Positions 25,816 through 32,000 of a DNA stretch of 32,000 bases are shown in pieces. The position numbers and the translations under genes are program-made. The notes beneath the pieces are model-generated. The model had not been told where the DNA came from. It ran no database searches and saw only the letters and a list, made by a program, of their open reading frames with translations. Source of the stretch: an uncultured Chloroflexia bacterium (GTDB lineage: Bacteria; Chloroflexota; Ktedonobacteria; Ktedonobacterales; JADMIN01). The stretch is taken from contig CAVRAI010000003.1 in NCBI GenBank assembly GCA_963718915.1, forward strand, positions 540,001-572,000, given 5' to 3'. Position 1 is the first letter of the stretch. Every line of letters begins with the position of its first letter.

Positions 25816-26691
25816 ATGCGTCTCGGAGCAATCTTCCCACAGACTGAGATTGGCAACGATCCCGCCGCCATCCGCGACTACGCCGAGGCGGTGGAGGCGA
25901 TGGGCTATCAGCATATTCTGGCCTACGATCACGTGCTGGGCGCGAATACGGCGTCGCGTCCCGACTGGAGCGGCCCGTATACCAGCGAGACATCCTTTCA
26001 CGAGATATTCGTGCTCTTCGGCTATCTGGCGGCGGTCACGCGGCGGGTGGAGTTGGTGACGGGCGTGGTGATTCTGCCGCAGCGGCAGACGGCGTTGGTG
26101 GCGAAACAGGCGGCGGCGGTGGACGTGCTGAGCGGCGGGCGGCTGCGCCTGGGAGTCGGCGTCGGCTGGAACGCGGTCGAGTTTCAGGCGCTCAATGAGG
26201 ATTTTGGCAACCGTGGCGCGCGCATCGAGGAGCAGATTGCGCTGCTGCGAAGCCTGTGGAGCGAGACGGCTATCAGCTTCCGGGGCCGCTGGCATACGGT
26301 CGAGGATGCGGGTATCAATCCGTTGCCCGCGCAACGACGTATCCCGATCTGGATCGGCGGGACGGCTGATGTGGTGCTGCGGCGGGTGGCGCGCATTGGT
26401 GATGGCTGGTTCCCGCAGATGTCGCCCAACGACCATGCCCGCGCGCTGATGGAGACGCTCCGTGGCTATATCCGCGCGGCGGGGCGCGAGGAGAGTGCGG
26501 TAGGCATCGAGGCGCGGCTCACACTCGCTCGGACGGCGGAATCCGGCTGGCAGCGCTACGCCGCCGACTGGCAGACGCTCGGTGCGACACATCTGGGCGT
26601 CAACACGATGGGCGCGGGCTTCCAGTCGCTCGACCAGCATCTCGACGCGCTCCGCCGGGTGCGCGAGGCGCTGTCGTCGGTGGCAGGCTGA
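25816..26691 (+). CDS. LLM-class (luciferase-like) F420-dependent oxidoreductase
   Basis: 291 aa. LLM pattern present (MRLGAIFPQ.., GY.HI..YDHVLG, VVILPQRQ..LVAKQAA.VD.LSGGRL.LGVGVGW, IPIWIGG). AAGGAG RBS. Confidence 0.85.
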   Translation: MRLGAIFPQTEIGNDPAAIRDYAEAVEAMGYQHILAYDHVLGANTASRPDWSGPYTSETSFHEIFVLFGYLAAVTRRVELVTGVVILPQRQTALVAKQAAAVDVLSGGRLRLGVGVGWNAVEFQALNEDFGNRGARIEEQIALLRSLWSETAISFRGRWHTVEDAGINPLPAQRRIPIWIGGTADVVLRRVARIGDGWFPQMSPNDHARALMETLRGYIRAAGREESAVGIEARLTLARTAESGWQRYAADWQTLGATHLGVNTMGAGFQSLDQHLDALRRVREALSSVAG

Positions 26692-26760
26692 GCGCCAGAT
26701 CGTGTTATGCTACAATGACGTGAAATATCCTACACGACACGCTGCTAAAGGAGGTTCATC

Positions 26761-27054
26761 ATGGCTTCAGACATTGAAGACATTCTCGCGGCCGTCCGCA
26801 GCCTCCCTCCGCAGCAGCAGAAGGAAGTTTTGCGCAGACTCACCGAATCGCTGGTTCCTGACGAGAAAGTGATCGACCGCGCCAACGAGGAATTCTGGAA
26901 ATCGCGTTCGATAGATGAGATCATCCGTGAGCAGCATATTGCGCCGATCTACGATGTGCGCACATTGGCATTTTCGGATTGGCCGGAAGGTGAGAGCGTG
27001 GATGAGCTTCTCGAGTATGTGTACGGCCAGCGCCGCGCCGACCGCGACGCATAA
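26761..27054 (+). CDS. Putative antitoxin of the adjacent PIN gene
   Basis: 97 aa. A strong AAAGGAGG RBS is present. It ends 6 nt before the PIN gene start. Its acidic C-terminus is typical of antitoxins. I cannot name a family. Confidence 0.55.
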   Translation: MASDIEDILAAVRSLPPQQQKEVLRRLTESLVPDEKVIDRANEEFWKSRSIDEIIREQHIAPIYDVRTLAFSDWPEGESVDELLEYVYGQRRADRDA

Positions 27055-27060
27055 ACTCGT

Positions 27061-27465
27061 ATGGCAACTGTTCTTCTGGATACGGATGTCTTCTCATTCT
27101 TTTTCAAGAATGATAGCCGTGCAACTGCATACGCTCCGCTACTGCAAGGGCAACATCTCGCACTCTCCTTCATGACCGTCGCCGAACTCTACCAGTGGAC
27201 TCAAGTTCGCAAATGGAGGGCGAAGAGAGTCAGTCACCTTGGACAGGCGCTAACAGCCTATGCGATTTTACCCTCTGATGATGCGATGTGTCGCCTGTAG
27301 GCACAGGTGCGCTCTGAGCGTCAATCCAGTGGACGCCCGATTTCTCATCAGGACGCATGGGTTGCGGCGACCGCTCTACGACATAATCTCCCTCCTGTAA
27401 CCTATAATGCAAACGACTTCACGGGAATCACAGGCCTCGATGTGCGGACGGCAACAGTTCCCTGA
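27061..27465 (+). pseudogene. vapC: PIN-domain toxin (VapC-like) interrupted by an in-frame TAG at 27298-27300
   Basis: The N-terminal part is MATVLLDTDVFSFF..TVAELY. The same frame continues after the TAG as AQVRSERQSSGRPISHQDAWVAATALRHNLPPVTYNANDFTGITGLDV..* (stop at 27463-27465). That stretch carries the last two conserved PIN acidic positions. Confidence 0.75.
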
Positions 27466-27516
27466 GTACTTTGGAGCTCCCCAACCTGCTCTGGCACTGC
27501 GCCAAAGGAGGCGACG

Positions 27517-28200
27517 ATGAACGACCCGCAAACTTCCGCCCCTACGCCCGCGCTTTCCGACCGCAGCGGAGTCACCGACGCTGTGCGCGCGCAGATTCTG
27601 GCGACGGAGCACTGGAGCCTGCTCGCCACCCGCAGCATGACCTGGAACGAGGTCTTCAGCCGCGCCTCGATGTTCATCACCGTCCTCTCGGCGGCAGTGG
27701 TGGCGCTGGCCCTGGTTGCCCAGGCGACCGCCTTCGGGCCGGGCTTCCGCCTCTTCGCGCTGCTGGTGCTGCCGATCGTGCTGCTGGTGGGCGTGGCGAC
27801 GGTCATCCGCCTGGGCGACTGCAACACCGAGGATTTCAGACTGATCGTTGGGATGAATCGGCTGCGCCACGCTTATCTGGAACTGGCTCCGGAGCTGGAG
27901 CCATACTTTGTGACTCCACACCATGACGACGAGGCAAGCGTCATGCGGGTGTACGGCGAGAACCAGACCATCCGTCTCAGCCGCATCATTGCCGGAACAC
28001 CCACGCTCGTCGGCGCCATCAATGTCGTAGTGGTCGGGGTGCTTGCCGCACTTATCGCCGATACCCTTGGAGCTTCGGATGCGATTGATGTCGCGGCCGG
28101 GGTCATCGCCGCGCTGGCGGCAGCCACTGGCTTTGGCGTGCTGGCGTCCCGTACAATCTCAAGCGCTCGCCGTGCGCATCGCCCGCGCTTCCCACAGTGA
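27517..28200 (+). CDS. Hypothetical membrane protein (about 4 TM helices)
   Basis: 227 aa. An AAGGAGG RBS lies 6 nt upstream. It has hydrophobic helices and high GC3. Confidence 0.7.
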   Translation: MNDPQTSAPTPALSDRSGVTDAVRAQILATEHWSLLATRSMTWNEVFSRASMFITVLSAAVVALALVAQATAFGPGFRLFALLVLPIVLLVGVATVIRLGDCNTEDFRLIVGMNRLRHAYLELAPELEPYFVTPHHDDEASVMRVYGENQTIRLSRIIAGTPTLVGAINVVVVGVLAALIADTLGASDAIDVAAGVIAALAAATGFGVLASRTISSARRAHRPRFPQ

Positions 28201-28363
28201 CTGGATGTTCGTGCGGTGGCTCCGCTCGTCAAGTTGACGGCGCTGGACAGCAATGGCAGAATGAAGGGTATGCAGCGCAGCGTCGCGTATGCTCATATGC
28301 TCGACCAGGAGCCGCCAGAGACTCCCTGCGCTCTGGTTGTTGCTATCAATGGAGATACATCTT

Positions 28364-29401
28364 ATGAAGGCACTGGTCAAACAAGAGGCCAAACCCGGTC
28401 TGTGGCTGGAGGATGTTCCTGAGCCGACCGTTGGCATCAACGATCTGCTCATCCGCGTCTTGCGCGCGGGCATCTGTGGCACCGACCTGCATATCTATAA
28501 CTGGGACGCCTGGGCGCAGCGCACCATCCCCGTCCCGATGGTCATCGGCCACGAGTTTGTCGGCGAGGTGGTCGAGGTTGGCTCGAACGTCAACGACTTT
28601 CATCCCGGCGATATTGTCAGCGGCGAGGGGCATCTCGTCTGCGGGCGCTGCCGCAACTGCATGGCGGGTCGCCGTCACGCCTGCGCGCATACCCAGGGTG
28701 TCGGCGTCCAGCGCGCGGGCGCGTTCGCCGAATACATCTCCCTGCCGATGACGAACGTCTGGCATCACTTCCCCGGCGTCGATCTCGATGTCGCCGCCAT
28801 CTTCGACCCCTTCGGCAACGCCGTCCATACCGCACTCAAGTTTCCGGTGCTCGGCGAGGATGTGCTGATTACCGGCGCCGGGCCAATTGGCATCATGGCG
28901 GCGGCGGTCGCTCGCCACGCGGGCGCGCGCTTCACCGTGATTACCGACCTGAACCCGTTCCGGCTCGAGATGGCGCGGCGCATGGGTGTCACGAGAGCCA
29001 TTGATGTCCGCCAGACGAGCCTCGGCGACGTGCAGCGCGAGCTGGGGATGACCGAGGGCTTCGACGTTGGCCTCGAAATGTCGGGCAATCCGGCCGCTGT
29101 GCGCGATATGATCGCCAATATGTCGCACGGTGGGCGTATCGCGATGCTCGGCACCCCCACAGAGGAATACGCGATTGACTGGACGACGGTCATCTTCAAC
29201 ATGCTGACTATCAGCGGCATCTATGGCCGCGAGATGTATGAGACCTGGTACAAGATGTCGGTCATGCTGCAATCCGGGCTGGATATCTCGCCGGTCATCA
29301 CGCACCGCTTCGGTTATGAAGACTATGAGGAGGCTTTCCTGGCGGCGCGCAGCGGTGACGCGGGCAAGGTGATTCTGCGCTGGAGCGAACGAACAGCCTG
29401 A
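28364..29401 (+). CDS. tdh: L-threonine 3-dehydrogenase (zinc MDR family)
   Basis: The sequence MKALVK...[14 protein letters not shown]...I.VPMV.GHEF.GEVVE.G, GEGH..CG.CRNC..GR.H.C and GAGPIG matches Tdh. It lies immediately upstream of kbl. The start is taken at ATG 28364; the track ORF begins at 28289. Confidence 0.92.
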   Translation: MKALVKQEAKPGLWLEDVPEPTVGINDLLIRVLRAGICGTDLHIYNWDAWAQRTIPVPMVIGHEFVGEVVEVGSNVNDFHPGDIVSGEGHLVCGRCRNCMAGRRHACAHTQGVGVQRAGAFAEYISLPMTNVWHHFPGVDLDVAAIFDPFGNAVHTALKFPVLGEDVLITGAGPIGIMAAAVARHAGARFTVITDLNPFRLEMARRMGVTRAIDVRQTSLGDVQRELGMTEGFDVGLEMSGNPAAVRDMIANMSHGGRIAMLGTPTEEYAIDWTTVIFNMLTISGIYGREMYETWYKMSVMLQSGLDISPVITHRFGYEDYEEAFLAARSGDAGKVILRWSERTA

Positions 29402-29417
29402 GGAGGAGCGAGAAGCT

Positions 29418-30603
29418 ATGTTCACAACGGTACGGGACGAACTCAAGGGCGAGCTTGATGGGATTCGGGCGGCCAGCCTCTATAAGAACGAGCGCGTTCT
29501 CGCCTCGCCGCAGGGGGCGCATGTACGTGTGGCGGACGGCAAGGAGGTGCTGAACCTCTGCGCCAACAACTACCTTGGCCTCGCCGATCATCCGGCGCTG
29601 GTTGCGGCGGCGCGCGAGTCGCTGGAGCGCTGGGGATTCGGGCTGGCGTCGGTGCGCTTCATCTGTGGCACCCAGGAGATTCACAAGGAACTGGAGCAGG
29701 GTATCAGCGCCTTCCTCGGCACAGAGGATACGATTCTCTATAGCTCGTGCTTCGACGCCAACGGCGGCCTCTTCGAGACGATCCTCGGTGAGGAAGATGT
29801 CGTCATCTCCGACGAGCTGAACCACGCCAGCATCATTGACGGCGTCCGGCTCTGCAAGGCGGAGCGCCTGCGCTATCGCAACCGCGACATGGGCGACCTC
29901 GAGGAGCAGCTCAAAGCTGCCTCAGGCGCGCGTCGCCGACTGATCGCGACTGACGGCGTCTTCTCGATGGATGGCTATGTGGCCCCGCTCAAGGAGATTT
30001 GCGACCTGGCGGATCGCTATAACGCGATGGTGATGGTGGACGACTCGCATGCGGTGGGCTTCGTCGGCCCGACGGGGCGCGGCACGCCGGAGCTGCATGG
30101 CGTCGTGGATCGCGTGGATATCATCACCGGCACGCTGGGCAAGGCGCTTGGCGGGGCGAGCGGCGGCTACACCAGCGGACGCGCGGAGATCGTCAGTCAT
30201 GCTACGCCAGCGGTCGCGCCCGTATCTCTTCTCCAACACGGTGGCCCCGTCCATCGTCGCGGCCTCGCTCAAAACGCTGGAACTGCTCACGCAGTCGGAT
30301 GATCTGCGGGCGAAACTGCGCACGAACACGAAGCTCTTCCGCGAGCGGATGACGGCGCTGGGCTTCGACATCCTGCCGGGCGACCATCCGATTGTGCCGG
30401 TGATGCTCGGCGACGCGAAACGCGCGACGCAGTTGGCGGACCGCCTGCTGGAGAAGGGCATCTATGTGATCGCCTTCTCCTATCCGGTCGTGCCGCAGGG
30501 CAAGGCGCGCATCCGCACCCAGGTCTCTGCGGCGCATACCGAGGCCGACCTGCTGGCGGCGGCGGACGCCTTCGCGGCGGCGCGCGACGAGTTGGGGCTG
30601 TAG
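29418..30603 (+). pseudogene. kbl: 2-amino-3-ketobutyrate CoA ligase (glycine C-acetyltransferase), split by a 1-nt insertion at about 30195-30199
   Basis: ORF 29418..30302 carries ..NNYLGL.., [18 protein letters not shown] and [23 protein letters not shown]. The +1 frame continues [53 protein letters not shown]. This aligns without a gap to the remembered E. coli Kbl segment [18 protein letters not shown] if one base is dropped. Confidence 0.85.
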
Positions 30604-30606
30604 TTG

Positions 30607-31590
30607 ATGGCGCTAGGTCTGGCGGAGAAAGCGCTACTCTTGCAGTATGGGATCGACAACCAGCAAGCGTCGAGGCAGCCTGATAAAAGTAGCGGAGAGG
30701 CGGCTGCGACCGAGATGGTCGCATACCATCGGGTGATCGGGGCGCTGCTCATGGATGCGCTGCTGAAGCGATACATCGGCCTGAAGCGCCCAGCGTTGTT
30801 CGTCCTGTCTCGGCCTGCCTACCTTGTGCTGGTGATTGGGATGCTCCTCCTCTACGTGCCAATCTTTCTCGGCCCAGCAACAGCGTATTCTGTTACTTCG
30901 GTCTATGGCGCCAGTGCGCTTCCCTTCTTTGGCGCAGTGGCGATTAGCCTGGGGTTCTTTGGCACAGCGGCGCTTACCTTCGGGCTCATTATCCTCTGGT
31001 TCATCATCATGTATCTCATCGTGTATCTCATCACTGGGCGGCTGTCCGTCGATGAGACCTTGCCGACTGACGATGCACTGTTGGTGGCGCTGCTCCGGCG
31101 GATGCGTGAGATCGGCCAGGCGAAGACCTGCCTCACATACTCCCGGCGTCTGAGGCGTTCTCGCGAACTCCGCGAACAGATCGCTACGACGCAGAAACGG
31201 TTGATCGACCAAGGTTACCTCGTCACGGCGGTGAGGCACGGTGACATCTGGGGCGGCGCACTGCTTGTCTACCGGATGAACCTCGATATGCCGGAATGCC
31301 AGGAGCTACGCGACCAATTCCGCGCCTTCCTGCTGACCGACCACGCCTGGAACGAACAGATCGCCGCTCTGGCGATTCTCTTCTCTCCAAGGATATTCGC
31401 GAGACGAATGAGTTCCCTGGGTGACTGGCAACAAGAGGGATGGGCCACGTTGTTTGCGTCAGCGGAGTATCCAGTCATCAAGGTCCGCCTCAAGGCCATC
31501 AAGGCGCAGCGCGACCAGACGATGCGGGCGCTGTGGGACACGACGGCCTATCAGGGACTGCTGACCATCCGCGATAGGTTCGCCGCGTGA
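30607..31590 (+). CDS. GPP34/GOLPH3-like protein with an inserted membrane region
   Basis: The N-terminus LAEKALLLQY....VIGALLMDALL, and later TDDALLVALLRRM.., KRLIDQGYLV and EQIAALAILF, follow the bacterial GPP34 pattern. About 3-4 hydrophobic helices (residues about 60-135) lie between them. GC is lower than in neighbours. The start is ATG 30607 or TTG 30604. Confidence 0.5.
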   Translation: MALGLAEKALLLQYGIDNQQASRQPDKSSGEAAATEMVAYHRVIGALLMDALLKRYIGLKRPALFVLSRPAYLVLVIGMLLLYVPIFLGPATAYSVTSVYGASALPFFGAVAISLGFFGTAALTFGLIILWFIIMYLIVYLITGRLSVDETLPTDDALLVALLRRMREIGQAKTCLTYSRRLRRSRELREQIATTQKRLIDQGYLVTAVRHGDIWGGALLVYRMNLDMPECQELRDQFRAFLLTDHAWNEQIAALAILFSPRIFARRMSSLGDWQQEGWATLFASAEYPVIKVRLKAIKAQRDQTMRALWDTTAYQGLLTIRDRFAA

Positions 31591-31705
31591 GAGCGCAATA
31601 GTCCCTCATCTCTCGTTGGGTTGCATACGAATATGACATGAGATGTCTTGATAGGCTGCCACACTCTATCTGTAGCGCTGGTGCGAGACAAGATGGAGGA
31701 ATGCA

Positions 31706-32000
31706 ATGAAGTATGGCCTTTCGCTTCCCAATGGCGGCGTCTGTGGCGATGCGCGTGTGCTGGCGGAACTCGGCTGTCTGGCGGAGGACGCGGGGTGGGA
31801 CGGCGTCTTCGTCGAAGACTATATCGTCCACCAGAGCGATGGCGCTGTGCCGACCTGTGATCCGTGGATCGCGCTAGCGGCGATGGCCGTCGGCACGCAG
31901 CGGGTCCGGCTGGGTACGTCGGTGACGCCACTCAATCGACGCCGACCGTGGAAGGTGGCGCGCGAGGCGGTCGCGCTGGATCAGTTGTCGAACGGGCGCT
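31706..32000 (+). CDS. LLM-class (luciferase-like) oxidoreductase, N-terminal part; continues beyond the window
   Basis: Hand translation gives MKYGLSLPNGGVCGDARVLAELGCLAEDAGWDGVFVEDYIVHQS..WIALAAMAVGTQRVRLGTSVTPLNRRRPWKVAREAVALDQLSNGR. GGAGGA lies 5 nt upstream. It is not in the ORF track because no stop codon is reached. Confidence 0.75.
   Translation, partial: MKYGLSLPNGGVCGDARVLAELGCLAEDAGWDGVFVEDYIVHQSDGAVPTCDPWIALAAMAVGTQRVRLGTSVTPLNRRRPWKVAREAVALDQLSNGR

Noticed and set aside
27298-27300. Amber read-through or pyrrolysine decoding of the in-frame TAG in vapC.
   Set aside because: There is no evidence for pyl genes in the window. TAG is used as an ordinary stop here (for example kbl at 30601-30603 and the adaptor-like gene at 17295-17297). 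A TGG-to-TAG point mutation is sufficient.

Overview
High-GC bacterial chromosomal window with strong GGAGG-type ribosome-binding sites. By inference only, it looks like Chloroflexota (Ktedonobacteria-like) or a related Terrabacteria lineage, based on GroEL flavour, three DinB-family genes, two F420/LLM-type oxidoreductases and a Hanks kinase. I can support about 30 protein genes. They include groES-groEL, a two-ring CDC48/VAT-like AAA+ ATPase, tdh-kbl, proline dehydrogenase and a membrane Ser/Thr kinase. There are also two MFS-type transporters, two VapBC-like toxin-antitoxin loci, a DsrE-like protein, two paralogous output-less sensor-type membrane proteins, a GPP34-like membrane protein and a three-gene phage head-tail (neck) module. 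I found no rRNA, tRNA, CRISPR array or transposase. This is not an obvious defence island, and I cannot name a complete new system with confidence. The signals most worth follow-up are these. (1) Two 95%-identical 136-bp elements with a four-way-junction fold bracket the kinase+DinB segment. (2) The phage neck module is orphaned, and its leader carries a G-quadruplex/hairpin motif. (3) A 1.2-kb ORF-poor, lower-GC gap lies between divergent genes. (4) Each sensor-type membrane paralog sits head-to-head with a proteostasis gene, and one of these regions carries a tandem CCCGTAACGC repeat. (5) Five genes carry single-site disruptions (four frameshifts and one amber codon), none at a long homopolymer. 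Many long ORFs in the supplied track are antisense shadow ORFs typical of high-GC DNA and were not called.
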